A stretch of 62,676 nucleotides of DNA, the filler included, from Globobulimina sp. (taxonomy: Eukaryota), in the NCBI GenBank assembly GCA_003354225.1. It is 38 parts of 38 records of this genome, joined end to end, with 100 filler letters (N's around TTAATTAATTAA, not from the genome) between each part and the next. Parts side by side here need not be neighbours in the genome. Positions count along the whole stretch, not along the records: positions 24,794 to 26,345 come from PIVH01014916.1; positions 26,446 to 27,997 come from PIVH01014917.1; positions 28,098 to 29,649 come from PIVH01014918.1; positions 29,750 to 31,301 come from PIVH01014919.1; positions 31,402 to 32,953 come from PIVH01014920.1; positions 33,054 to 34,605 come from PIVH01014921.1; positions 34,706 to 36,257 come from PIVH01014922.1; positions 36,358 to 37,909 come from PIVH01014923.1; 30 more parts are not named here. The stretch is one strand, 5' to 3'. Shown in pieces: positions 26,272 to 39,292 of the stretch. The notes under the pieces are model-generated. The model worked only from the letters and a program-made list of their open reading frames with translations. It was not told the DNA's origin and searched no databases. Both the position numbers and the translations under genes were made by a program. Each line of letters begins with the position of its first letter. Positions within the stretch are counted from its first letter, which is position 1.

Positions 26272-26445
26272 TAATAAATGGAATTTATTTTATTTTATTT
26301 GAGTTTATTAATTTCTTGTTCTAATTCTAGAACTTTATGACCTAANNNNNNNNNNNNNNNNNNNNNNNNNNNNNNNNNNNNNNNNNNNNTTAATTAATTA
26401 ANNNNNNNNNNNNNNNNNNNNNNNNNNNNNNNNNNNNNNNNNNNN

Positions 26446-27050
26446 TAGTTGAGTCCGCGGATAAATATTCTGATCTTTGTCGGGGCGATCAACGCATAGT
26501 GGTCAAATTCATTGAATATTTCGTTGTTATTTACACATAGTTCGATTAAACAATCACTTAATAGCTCGCAAGGAACGTCTTGTAAATATTTACGAATGTC
26601 GTTGCCAGTCATGTCGTTAATCGGTTTGTGGTGAAGTGTTAATAATTTGTGTGATGGCGTGGATATATTGCGGTGATTTCGCCCTTTTAAGCGGCGCGAA
26701 TCTTTATCGTTTGGGTTGGGTAATGAGTGCATATTGCTATTGTGTGTGGTTTTGGTGATGGCGCTGTGACTGCTGTCTGCAGTGAGTGCAGATGATATGG
26801 TGGATATGGCGTTGCTTGGTAGCGTGGTCTGTTTAGGGATCAAGGAGAGATTTGTAGTGGGTGGTATGTTCACTATGTTGATGGCTTGTGTGGTGTGTTG
26901 GGTTGGTGGCGTGTTGTTGATATTTGAGGACGGATTGTTTGGGTTTGGTAATGGTGCAATTGAGGGGATAGGTGGTTTGTTGGTGGTAGGGATAGGTGGT
27001 TGCATTGGGATGGGCGCTGTCGAATTAGAGTGTGATAGCTGACTGGCCAT
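26446..27050 (-). CDS. RRM protein N-terminus (UBP1-associated-protein-like), 3' partial
   Basis: Pro/Thr-rich leader, helical segment, then RIFIRGL (RNP2) at the contig edge. Confidence 0.55.
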
Positions 27051-27119
27051 AATAGTTTTAGTGAAGATGTTTTTTTATTTGCATCATTAATAATAATAAA
27101 ATAATAACTTACAAGTAGT

Positions 27120-27926
27120 TTACATGTATATAGTGGTTTTACCGACACGTTTGAAACATGTAGTTTGATTGTCTTTATGTTGCTTTTCTGAGAGAGCAAA
27201 CTCGGCAAACATTTTCTTCATTGCGTCATTTGCTTTTAATTTATGAATCAAAGCGACACATCGTGGACATGGCTGCATTAATTTGTCACCATCAATATGG
27301 TCTAATCGACCACTCATAAACACCATATCACCGATAAAATAAAATTTTAGATCCGCCACAGTTAAATTATCACCAACAAAATATCCATTTTTATTTCCTT
27401 TCCTCTCGTTTTCGGCTAATCGTTGTTCAAATTTCGAAAACCAAAATGGTAATTTATCCTCCTCCATTAATGCCAATCGCATTGTTTTCTTTTTTTCAGC
27501 ATCTGGTTCATGAATGGTGCGTGATATCATTTTGATGACATCTTCGACACTGTCAAGGACTTCATCGACATAGGCGCGAGATAGCCGATTCCTGGTTGGA
27601 TATAAACCGGATAAGGCACCAATATATCTTAAGCAGGCAGCGGATTGCCCCATTCTTTGTACTGCTCGTCCTTCTTTACTAAATACTGTAATCTCTGGTA
27701 ATCCGCTCCTGTATGTTAATAATTAAATATTTTATTGACGATGTATAAGTATATACCATCTTCTTTTACCATCAGCTTTTGCTTGTTTTTGTTCTGCAAA
27801 ACTCACAAATTCATCTTCGTATGATAATCCACCGACGGCTGCGGCTGCCCTCAATGGACCTGCTCTGCCTTGCATTGGAAAATAGGAAATTCGAAGAGAA
27901 GGCGCGTCAAACTTTTGTTCAGCCAT
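27120..27926 (-). CDS. Glutathione S-transferase (sigma-like), intron 27709-27756
   Basis: SYFPMQGRAGPLR, spliced WSGLPEI, GQSAACLRY, GYFVGDNLTVADL. Confidence 0.93.
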
Positions 27927-28295
27927 TGTTGGTGACTAGTGACAGGATTTTAACTAAAGTTTTGGTTGAATAGGGATTTTGTGGTGTATTTGAATGCNNN
28001 NNNNNNNNNNNNNNNNNNNNNNNNNNNNNNNNNNNNNNNNNTTAATTAATTAANNNNNNNNNNNNNNNNNNNNNNNNNNNNNNNNNNNNNNNNNNNNATC
28101 ATTGTCGTTCATGTTTTAGGATCTATAGATTTTTGGGATTTTGGAACTTTGCGATTCTTCTGCCCCGCTGCAGATAGAAGTTGACCTAGGATTCGAATCC
28201 TAGTATTCAAAGTTGAAAACCACTCTAGCTAACCCAAAAACCTTGCCAATCACAAAAGAAGTGTTTAGAAGTTTAAGCCTAAAAAGTCATTTGTG

Positions 28296-29649
28296 TCATA
28301 CAAAACCATAATACACATTATAAACTTCACCAATGCTGTTATTCCAATCCATTCGTTTAGAATTTGTAAAATCAAATAATTCAATATGTTGTGCATCGAT
28401 AATGCCGTTAAACAAATGTTTTGATATTTTCTGTCTTAATACATTTGATTTATCAGTTTTACTCATTTTAATTTTAAAACATTTCTTCCCAATATTTTTC
28501 AACACTTCATCCAAATCAATTTCCTCTTTTTTTGACTCATATTTTTGTTTAATAATTGATTTTGATAAATTTGTATCCCCTCTAAAATGTACTGAAATAT
28601 AAATTATATCATTGCAAAACATATCCGCATTCAAATAAAATTTATCCAAATAATGATGATCAAATTTATTTTGTTTCTTAGACCATGAATGATTATAATT
28701 CAGTTGGAATGTAAATAAACAACAACTAAAATCATCATATTCTATCATTTCTATCGCATTGTCATTCAACAGAACCATATTATTTTCTTTATGTCGATAA
28801 AGCACTAATTTTCTTGTTGAAGTATCATAGTTCATTTGTTGCAAATCATTTTGTAATCCATGATACCAATCATTATCAATTCCATCCATTGGCACAAATT
28901 TATGTTGAATATAATAAAATAATCGTTGACGAGACATCTGTCCTTCGTATAATATATATTGAACCACTTTTAATGTTTGATTTTTGATATCAAAATATTC
29001 CAAAATCATTAATTCATAATCTTTAATATTTTCATATTTATCTTGTTCAATATTGAATTTTCTTTGTTTACCATTGCTTAAAATAGTTATTTTTCTATTA
29101 TCCAATATTAAAAATTCTTGCCGAATATTATTAATATTAATTTGTGACATTTCCATTTTTAATACATCGAATGTTAAACCGCTTTTTGAGGGAATAATGT
29201 CAAATAATAATTGATTTTGTGGCGGAATGTTATATTTTCTGTGCCAATCATCATATAACGAATAATATTTTGTTGATCGTGGATATCTGTTATTTATTGT
29301 TAATTTTTCAATGTCAAAATTATGCAAATTACATAAATTATTCATTACATTAATACTTATTGTACCAAACGTTGATTTATTCATTTCATTTAAACAAACA
29401 ATGGCCTGCCTTCCCGATGTATGTTTGAGTGATATTATATCTTTTTTATTTATATAACCACAAATATGTGAAATACATTCATTTGGTATTAATTCAAATA
29501 CATTTAATTTTGTATTTTTATCTTCAATTTTATAATTTTTGTTTTTATCTTCAATTTTATTTTTATTTTGATGCTTTGTTATTTGTTTGGAAATAGATTC
29601 ATGGATTAATTCTAATTTATCATTTTCATATTTTGCGCCCTTTGCAATA
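28296..29649 (-). CDS. F-box protein (5' partial; F-box at about 29394-29498, upstream of the listed ORF start)
   Basis: The frame stays open upstream of 29384 and reads FELIPNECISHICGYINKKDIISLKHTS. Confidence 0.65.
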
Positions 29650-29749
29650 NNNNNNNNNNNNNNNNNNNNNNNNNNNNNNNNNNNNNNNNNNNNTTAATTA
29701 ATTAANNNNNNNNNNNNNNNNNNNNNNNNNNNNNNNNNNNNNNNNNNNN

Positions 29750-31301
29750 CATAATTTTAATCCTAAGAAATACGAATATGGAAACGTTGATGTTTTCTCA
29801 TGGATGGAAAAACAGAAAAAAAGTCGCGCTCGAAAGCGAAAAGAAATACAAAAAAAGAAAAAATCGGAAATTCACAAACGTAGAAAATATATCTTAAATA
29901 TAAACAAAAATCAACGAAATAGAGCTAAAAAAAAGCAGCAAAACAAAAAAACACAAAAAAGTAAACAATCATCCAAACCACAAATGACATTTAATCACAC
30001 AGCAAATACAAATGATAAAAGTGAAGAAAAGGAAATATCACCGACTACTACAACAATATTAACATCGCAACCAACAATATCTCCAATAAAAACTCCAACA
30101 ATATCTCCATTAAAATCTCCATTAATATCTCCAACAATATCCCCAATAATATCACCCAAAAAAGCATTATTAACAGACAATGATCAAAATGTTGATCCAT
30201 TATTATTATTAACTATTTATGATTGTATTCAACAAAATCAATCAAAACGAAACAAAATAATAAATGAAATAAATGGAACAAATGAGACTAATGAGACTAA
30301 TGAGACAAATGAGACACATGAAACACATGAAATACACGAAATGAGTGAATCAAACGAAATGAAGGAAATAAATGAAGACAATATTGGCACTGACACTAAT
30401 ATTTTAGACAACTTTTCAATAGAAATGGAACAGCGATTAAATATATTAAAAGATACCAGTTGCAAATTACAGCAACGATTGGAAAGTATTGCACAAACAT
30501 TACATTTTGCAGACAATCAAAAGATTGAAGAAAATGATGAACATAATTTAAATTTGAGTGAATGTCAAAATGCTTTAAATATTTATAATGATATTAATTA
30601 TGATAGTTACGATAACTATGAAAATGAGGATGATGATGATGATGATGATGATGACAGTGATGATAATGACAGTGTTGACGACAGCAATGAGCAAGAAACA
30701 GTTTTCTCATTTAATAAATTATTATTCGAATTGGAATTATTGCAAAACGTTGAAGATACCGCTTCAAAATTAGACAAATTAGAAATTATATCAATTAATG
30801 TTGAAAAACAAAGAAATGAATTAAATGAAAAATTAATTAACGTGGCCAAATCCAAAAACAACAATGAAAATAAATTTAACAACGAAAATAAAAACAAAAA
30901 TGTAAATGAAAATAAACATGAAAAAGAAACACAAAAAGAAAATGAAGAAGAAAATGAAAAAGAAAATGAAGGGGAAAAAGAAAATGAAAAAGAAAATAAA
31001 AAAGAAAATGAAAAGGAAATGAATGATATAAATATGGAAAACGCAGAATTAATTTCATCAAATTTAATATCAGAAATGGTTTCCAATTTATGTGACGATA
31101 CACAAAAGATATTAAACTTACGAGAAACGAGAAGAGCAATACTTTGTGGAAAGTACAAAATTGAGCAATCAATAAAAGAGTCGCTTGGAATTAAAATTGA
31201 AACGTTTGAGGGTGGATTTGACGAAATAAAAAGGGACAATTTATACATTGAATTATATATAAATGAGATATTTAAATATTGCAATGAATTGGACTGGTCA
31301 T
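29750..31301 (+). CDS. Low-complexity coiled-coil protein (internal fragment)
   Basis: Open across the contig; SPxxSP, NET, poly-D and ENEK repeats. Confidence 0.6.
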
Positions 31302-31401
31302 NNNNNNNNNNNNNNNNNNNNNNNNNNNNNNNNNNNNNNNNNNNNTTAATTAATTAANNNNNNNNNNNNNNNNNNNNNNNNNNNNNNNNNNNNNNNNNNN
31401 N

Positions 31402-31828
31402 AATCAATCGAAATGAGAAATTGGCCAAATTTCCAGCCTCTATACCAGCAGAAGTAATATTCGATCAATACAAGAAAACCAGAGAGACTCAAAAGGATTT
31501 GTCAAAAGTGAAACGTCTATTGCTGGTTGACAGTGGTTTAGGTATAGCGCTTTATTTCAATGATGCATTACCTGTCATGTTGTTGTATGGAGGAAAAGAA
31601 CGGGAACAATATAATGATTGGTTAAAGAATAATGAACATACAAAGCCTTCCGAAGCGTATGGATTCATTCATTTGTTGAGATTGTTCATTCGCTTTGGAC
31701 ACATTCTCTCATACACAAATTGGTCAGAAAATAGTAAAAAATTATTGAAAGAACAAATTCATGACTTTCTCGATTTCATGAATGAAAATAAATTCAAATT
31801 CTATAATGTCACGAATGATTATATTTGA
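31402..31828 (+). CDS. MRG domain protein (MRG15/Eaf3 family) C-terminus, animal/nematode-like
   Basis: KLAKFPA, YFNDALPVMLLY..EREQY, PSEAYGFIHLLRLF, SYTNWS, IHDFLDFM. Confidence 0.85.
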
Positions 31829-32731
31829 GAGATATTGTTTTGATGTTGATGGTGTATTTTAATTAGGTTATGTTAGGTAAATTAGGTAAAAAGGTTAATA
31901 TAAAATGTTGTACTGTCATATTGTCATGTTCTACTTGATAAAATTTGTCCACGTCGAAATAACGTTTGATTGAATGTGATTGAATGAACGTGCATTCTGG
32001 TTGAATGAGTTAATGGTACCATTACCATATACTGTATTGTTTAACTTCCCAGACTGACAGTATACTGTACATGAAATTTAGTTCCACTTTTTGCGTGTCT
32101 TATTGTTATACCACTGTTATTAGTGCAAGTTTGACTGAATACTGTATTTGAATGTTACTGCACTTGCATTTATTATTAATGAACTTTTTGGAATAAATAT
32201 TGTGCACTAAAATGCAGCGTTGATAATATTACCAGTATGACAGATAATATGCTTTATACAACTAAAATGAAACATTATTCAGCCAACTCTTCGTTCGGTT
32301 TATAATGTGACCGTGTGTGACATTCCGAAAGTCACCCGAAAAAAGTAAACTCGTATCCACAATATGTTTCAATTTTCAAGGTCCCTCAACTAAAAATAGC
32401 TCTTTGTGAAGTGTGAATATCAGTTTTGTACAAAATTATATACAAAATGACAATCATTCTTAAACATGAAACATTCCTACTGGCACTTATTTTAAACTTC
32501 GCGGCGTTGGACACAGTCATAGTACCACAATTATTTTAATTTCACCTAGGCGCGACCGAAACCACCGTATTCCCATTACGTTGTATTACTGTAATAAAGC
32601 AGGCTTCTCTTAAAAGAAATCTAAAGTACTGTAAACATTTTATCCAGCCAAATAACCCGACCGACCACCACACTCCACAGTTCAGTCCATGTTTCTCGTG
32701 TTTATTTGTCCAAAAATAGTATATTATTTTT

Positions 32732-32953
32732 ATGATGTCCAATAAGGATCCATCTGTTCCTCCAGAGAACGGGGAATTTTCACCTTTCCTCGATTATTGC
32801 CCAGATGATGTTATAGATATCATCTTCAGCTCTTTGAACATTCCAATAAAGTCAAAAATGAAGCTAGAACTGGTTTGTAAAAGGTTTCAACATCGGATTC
32901 GACAAATATCTTCATGGTCAAATGAAAAGAATGTGACCATTTCGATGACAGAC
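32732..32953 (+). CDS. F-box protein N-terminus
   Basis: LDYCPDDVIDIIFSSL..KMKLELVCKRF. Confidence 0.75.
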
Positions 32954-33116
32954 NNNNNNNNNNNNNNNNNNNNNNNNNNNNNNNNNNNNNNNNNNNNTTA
33001 ATTAATTAANNNNNNNNNNNNNNNNNNNNNNNNNNNNNNNNNNNNNNNNNNNNACTATATATATGATTTTATTTTTTATTTTTTTTTGCAAAATCGCCTG
33101 TTGTTTTTGAGATTGC

Positions 33117-33280
33117 TTTTAAACTAAGATTAGGCATCAGCACACTGACTCTTTCGTCATTTTGCTTGACTTTTGCTTTGTTGTATTGTGTCAATCAGAT
33201 AGGTTCTAAAAGGAAAGACTTCAACTCTTCGATTTGACAGAGTTAGAAATTAGCAACTTTTCATTTTTTTTAAAAAGCTG
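33117..33280 (+). repeat. Dispersed repeat, copy 1 (shared with 57340-57496)
   Basis: CACACTGACTCTTTCGTCATTTT...TCAATCAGATAGGTTCTAAAAGG...GTTAGAAATT is near-identical in two different contigs. Confidence 0.92.
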
Positions 33281-33301
33281 TTAAACGTTTAATTTTGTTT
33301 G

Positions 33302-34605
33302 TTTTGGGACAATAATATGTTATTGAATAAACAAAGCCATGCGAACCAGTTTAAACCAATTTTATTTTGCAGCAGCTTTTGTCAAGTAAAGGGAGACATG
33401 ATGTTTGATCTCTGTTTTAACTTTGACGATATATATATATACATATATATACATATATTATTATTGTTATAGAATACATTGGTAAACATAATTAATTTGA
33501 TTGGGAATTACTATCCATATTCATCCATTGCAAAATAATCACTCGATCATGCATTTTATGCTTATCAATATTGAATATAAATTTATGGAAGATATGGCTA
33601 TCTATACCATATGCATACTATTTATATTGTTGATTATCTCTGCATGCAATAACTTAATGGGGATAACCGCCTGCAACTAGCCATCGGCCCATTGTATACC
33701 ATCCAGATAGTATGGAATATTGCCTTTGGCCACAATTGTTGCGGCTTCATCAACCCCGTCAAGGCGCAGGAGGCCGTAATAGCACTCAATATGTACACAT
33801 TGGGCGATGTGATGTGGTTCAATAATATATAGTGTGCGTGAGACTTATTGCCTTTGTTCTTGGTCGAATAAGACACGCTTATATTGACGTGACGACCCGT
33901 TTTATTATACGCCTGTTGAAGGTGGACTCACCCACATATTTCTTGATCGAATTGATGAAGTTAGCAGTATTTGGCATTAATACGCGGTCTCTATATACGC
34001 ACCAAATAGTTGTTCAAAAAAGTGGGTAAAAAACGAGTACCAAAATGTCCATCAATGTTGGATTTGATTTCTGTGCGGTGATACAGGCCAAATAGCCGGC
34101 GATTATGGCACCGTCGGAGGGCAAACAGTTGTTTTGTATTAAGACGCGGATGACGCGACAATGTGCCATAGAAAGGGAACCGCCGCCGGATAAACATAAT
34201 GCTTGCAAGTGAGTTGCAACAATAATATAATAATACATATGCACTTTCTATAATTATCTCTATATAAAAATGGTGTAAATTAAAATGATTCCATTACAAC
34301 AGAATTCCATGTTCAACAGAATTCCATTACATCTGAGTTTAAAAATTGTTGAATCATCCATTAGATTATGACCATTATGTATTTGGATGAATATGGATAG
34401 TAATTCCCAATCAAATTAATTATGTTTACCAATGTATTCTATAACAATAATAATATATGTATATATATATATATATATCGTCAAAGTTAAAACAGAGACC
34501 AAACATCATGTCTCCCTTTACTTGACAAAAGCTGCTGCAAAATAAAATTGGTTTAAACTGGTTCGCATGGCTTTGTTTATTCAATAACATATTATTGTCC
34601 CAAAA
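33302..34605. mobile_element. Long inverted repeat element: arms 33302-33527 and 34384-34605 (right arm cut by the contig end) around about 855 bp
   Basis: The arms are reverse complements over about 225 bp, differing by one substitution (GATCTC vs GGTCTC) and in the TA-microsatellite tract. Confidence 0.65.
33670..34150 (+). pseudogene. Decayed two-RRM gene relic inside the inverted repeats
   Basis: GPLYTIQIV..NCCGFIN..AQEAVIALNMYTLG; PTYFLIELMKLAVFG; SINVGFDF..QAK*PAIMA..EGKQL, spread over different frames with stops. Confidence 0.55.
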
Positions 34606-36623
34606 NNNNNNNNNNNNNNNNNNNNNNNNNNNNNNNNNNNNNNNNNNNNTTAATTAATTAANNNNNNNNNNNNNNNNNNNNNNNNNNNNNNNNNNNNNNN
34701 NNNNNAAACATTTAGAAAACGATGGATTGTGTTGACAACAGACAATAAATTATATTCATATAAAAAGGAAAAAATATATGCAAATTATACTTCCCATTCT
34801 TCACTTCACTTCTTCACTGATCATGGCATATGCCAATTAGTTCAAGAGTGTTATCAGTGACGAACTATCCATTTGCTAACTGCAAATCAACAGCAAAATC
34901 TGCAGAGACAAACGCACTGCAAGCAGTACAGAATCTAATAATTCGATTGGCATTATTTGGATCATCATTGACAGTCACAGGGTTATCAATTTCTCATTGG
35001 TTAATAATATTATGTATTTTTTACCTTTTGATATTAACACTGGGCAAATGTCATGGACATCTAATATTATTTGAATATGATTTTTCAGCAAATTTATTGT
35101 TTTATTTTATTATTATATTATGTGACCCATCATATTTTAATATCTTATTCATCAAAAAATATGAAAGTGAAGGACATGGTATTATTTTTGTAGATACGGA
35201 ACTGGGTATATATCTATGTACGCATTTTTTACTTATTATGGAAAGTTTGGAATTTAATTCCGTTGGTAATTGGTATAGCCTCACGGCAAAATCAAACTAT
35301 TATACCTGCTATCAATATAATTTTCTTGTATTTGAAGCTTTAGCTTCGTTCGCGTCGATCCCTGTTGCCGGTGAAGTATCTCAGATTTATATCAATAAAC
35401 TCATTTTTGTGTTAATACATGGATGGACATTTGTTTTGGAATTGTGATTGGACATTTGTTTAACCACAAAATTGTTTAACGAAAAAGACTTTTATATTTT
35501 GTTTAAGGCGACACCATCTTTTTGCTCATTTATTTAATTTAGACGCCACCTTTTTCCGTCTTGGCTCGAAAAAAAAAAATCTCTTGATTTGCATTATTTC
35601 GGACTAACATTCAGTTGATCGCGATGTAACAGTGCCTGCATCATGCAGGCAAACAGTGGAAATTAAAGGTTTCAGTGAAAAAAAAAACATTTAATATACA
35701 AACATCAAAGCTAAGATAAGAACTGAAGTGCAACATTTTCACAAGTTTGTACACCAATATATAATACCATGAATTTTAAATAAGAACTCGCATGTTATGA
35801 TCGACAGTCGAACAAGGAACAATTCGCGTGTTATGATCGACTCGCATGAAATGGCTCGATTCTTTTTTAAAAGGATTGAAGAATATATCCCAAAGAAATG
35901 GAAAAAAAGAAAAAGTAGCACATGATCACTTTTACAAACAGCTCAGAGAGCATCCTCTGATCCAACTGAGCCACTGATCCAATATATCATTTATAATAAG
36001 ATATCATTCAATGTCTCACATTCTCTAGCTCATCCGATTGTTCCCGATGACTAAAGTACAAAAACGCGCAAACTTTAGAATGAAGTATTTATACAAAATT
36101 ATATCGCATACTGTACCTGTTACTAATTGCATGTTTTACTGTGGTTTCGTGGATTTGATTAAGTGCCTGAATCATTGCTATGTCCTCATCGAGTTTATGT
36201 GCGAAATATAACTGTTTCTGTTGATCCTCATTCAATTTTGCGTTTATTCCCAACAGGNNNNNNNNNNNNNNNNNNNNNNNNNNNNNNNNNNNNNNNNNNN
36301 NTTAATTAATTAANNNNNNNNNNNNNNNNNNNNNNNNNNNNNNNNNNNNNNNNNNNNGTGACGATGAAGATGAGATTGCAGAACAGAATGCAGATAAAAG
36401 GGTTACACAAATTGAGGCATTTCAACAACAATATGTAGCACCTTCCAATGAGTTCTATGATGGTGATAAAGATCAGGACATGACGCAAACACAAACAAAA
36501 TAACAGATTGTTTGATCCATTGTTTAACGCATTGATTGTTTCATTTTATAAGTGTTGATTTTAATTTGGTTAAGGTTTGGTTATAATTAATTTACACTTT
36601 ACTTTACTTCAACAGTTCAGCCA

Positions 36624-37888
36624 ATGGAGAAACAATTACTTTGGAAACTACGTGAATTAACAAGTGATTGTGTATCTAAACATCATTTGCCAACGGCGCG
36701 TTTTTATGCGGATAAAGCATGCACAATTTCAAAATATCACCATTCCGATGTTTATATTTTAGCAAAAATTCATTTTTTAAATAAAGAATATCATCGAAGC
36801 ATTCTTGTATTACAAAAATACGGACTAATACCATATGCAAATCATATGGGAATTCATGACATTTCATTTCAAACTGAAATAATATTAACCTCCAACAATG
36901 AAAATAATAAAAACAACAAACAAACTCACAATAACAACATTAATAAAGATGAAAAATTAAAATATTTATTATTAGGAATGCAATCATTTTTAGAATGTGG
37001 CGAATATGAATCATGTATATCAATGTTATCAGAATCAGATGAAATCGCATTACAATTTATTCAGCCTCAGTTAATAAAAGATATTAATATTAGCCACAAT
37101 GAAAGCAATCAAATTAGTTTATCCTCCTTGTTGTGTATGACCAGAGCCAAAGCATTGGAAAAATTATCCATTGACGAAAGAGCATTATGGTGGTTTGAAA
37201 GATCATTAATTTTTGATTGCAAAAACATTCAAGTTAAGGCCGACCCCAATATATTATTTCTTTGTTGTGACTGAGAAACACCGAACAAATAAAAACAAAA
37301 TAAAATAAAAAGGCATTTGATTGTATTATTAAACGAAGATTAAATACAGTCTCAAAATTAGAGATCTTTATCAACAAAGAATTACATTTTAAATCCGATG
37401 AAGAATGGATTCGATTTTATTATGAATGTAAAATAAATGAAATTGGAACAGATTTTGATGGCATTAATATGATGAATAAATTATTAGAAAATAACTATGA
37501 AAATAAATTAATTTTATCGCAATCGGATGATATTGGCATCATAAAAGCAAATTGTTTATTAAATTTAAATTTATATCGTGAGTCTTATGACATATCGTTG
37601 GAAATTAAATGTAATGACAATTATAATATATTATCATTAATATCGCATATTATATGTTTGGTTGAATTGGGGAAACAAAGCGAATTATATAAGACCTCTC
37701 ATGATTTAATCTGTGCCTATCCCGATAACGCTGTGTCGTGGTTTGCTGTGGGTTGCTATTATTATATGACTCGTCGCTATGAGATAAGCAGGCGATTCTT
37801 ACAAAAAGCCACAAGTTTGGATAAATATTTCTTTGCTGCCTGGATTGTATACGGACATACCTTCAGTGAGCAAGATGCTTGGCTATGA
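36624..37888 (+). CDS. CDC16: Anaphase-promoting complex subunit 6 (Cdc16), intron 37233-37312, truncated
   Basis: TARFYADK, LVELGKQSELY..HDL..YPDNAVSWFAVGCYYY, ISRRFLQKAT, AAWIVYGHTF. Confidence 0.93.
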
Positions 37889-38009
37889 TCCGGTCAGGGG
37901 CTTTGCCCTNNNNNNNNNNNNNNNNNNNNNNNNNNNNNNNNNNNNNNNNNNNNTTAATTAATTAANNNNNNNNNNNNNNNNNNNNNNNNNNNNNNNNNNN
38001 NNNNNNNNN

Positions 38010-39292
38010 TGAATGTTTGCTTAATTTATAATTATCCTCAAAAGGCAATGATAATTTGGAATGATATAAAACAACACGTAAATAATCCACATATTCCACA
38101 TTTATTATTATTAAAATGTTTGATGGAATCAAATCATATCAATGAATGCATCCAAATAATAAAACAACACCCAAACAACATCAACGTATCACAAATTGAT
38201 CCAAAAATTATTCAAAAATTGATTAAGCAATGTAGCGACACTTCGCAGTTACAAATCATTCATAAATTTATAGAAAAAGATTTAAATCCTCATTTGATGC
38301 ATCTTTTATGTCATCAATTTATAAAATATGATGATATCGACAGCGCATTGAATATATACATTTCAATCCAGAAATGTGTCACAAACATGGATTCAAAATT
38401 AATTATCATTTTAATGAATAAATGCATGGAAAGCAAACGTTTTCATGATGTACTATTTTTATATGACAATTCCGATCAACACAATACAAAAATTAATATA
38501 TGCTCCATGGCAATTGCAGCATGCACAAATTTAAAATATTTGTCCAAAGGTAAAGAGATTGAAAATATTCTAAACAAAAATAAGCTGTCTCGCGATTCTA
38601 TTTTGATTAAAAATGTTTTAATTGACTTTTATGGCAAATGTGTATCAATTGACAATGCAATGAATATATTCAATAAAATACCAAAGAAATATATGGATGT
38701 CAGTACATATTTAAGTATAATTAATGTTTTTGTGTATCACAAACAATACAACAAAGCATTGACATTTTACAATAATAATATTGATAAGCTGAGCACTGCA
38801 AATATCAGTTGTACATTGATTACATTGTATGGAAAATGTAACAAATTGGAAAGTGCTGTGCAGATATTTAGTGATTGTAAAAATAAAAATATTCAACATA
38901 TCAATGCTTTGATGAATGCATATGTCGATACTCATAAATATGACCAAGTCATATTGCTATATGATAAATACATAAAATCCACGGCTTTTAAAGGTACGGA
39001 GTTAACGTATAAAGCAGTGATGAATGCATATAATGAGTTGGGAGATACAAAGAATGCAAATGAAATTGGAAATAACTTTCTATCTCAACTATTTCCATCC
39101 AAAACGCAAGAAGTTACTAAAAAAACAAGCGTTTTGCATGGTAGAAGAGCAACGAAAACAGATTTATTAATGATGGGCAGTTTTAATAAAGGTGAATATA
39201 AAAAAGTATTGGATATATATTTCAGCGAAAGTGAGGCAAACAAGAATTATGTTACACATACATTGGCCATTAAGGTATTAACAAAGAAATAA
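38010..39292 (+). CDS. Pentatricopeptide repeat protein with PLS-like motifs (partial)
   Basis: IKNVLIDFYGKC..IDNAMNIF, TLITLYGKCNKLESAVQIF, NALMNAY, TYKAVMNAY. Confidence 0.85.

Noticed and set aside
30616..31284. 222-aa minus-strand ORF and similar antisense ORFs (for example 48726-49229, 58445-58870, 40115-40594)
   Set aside because: Shadows of real genes on the opposite strand.
34706..36257. 205-aa hydrophobic ORF (34830-35447) and short TGTTATGATCGAC direct repeats near 35790-35840
   Set aside because: No recognisable family; hydrophobicity is expected from T-rich DNA; two repeat copies are not an array.
37878..37909. Premature stop in APC6 as a real truncation
   Set aside because: Homology ends abruptly about 30 bp from the contig end in GC-richer sequence; likely a chimeric tail.
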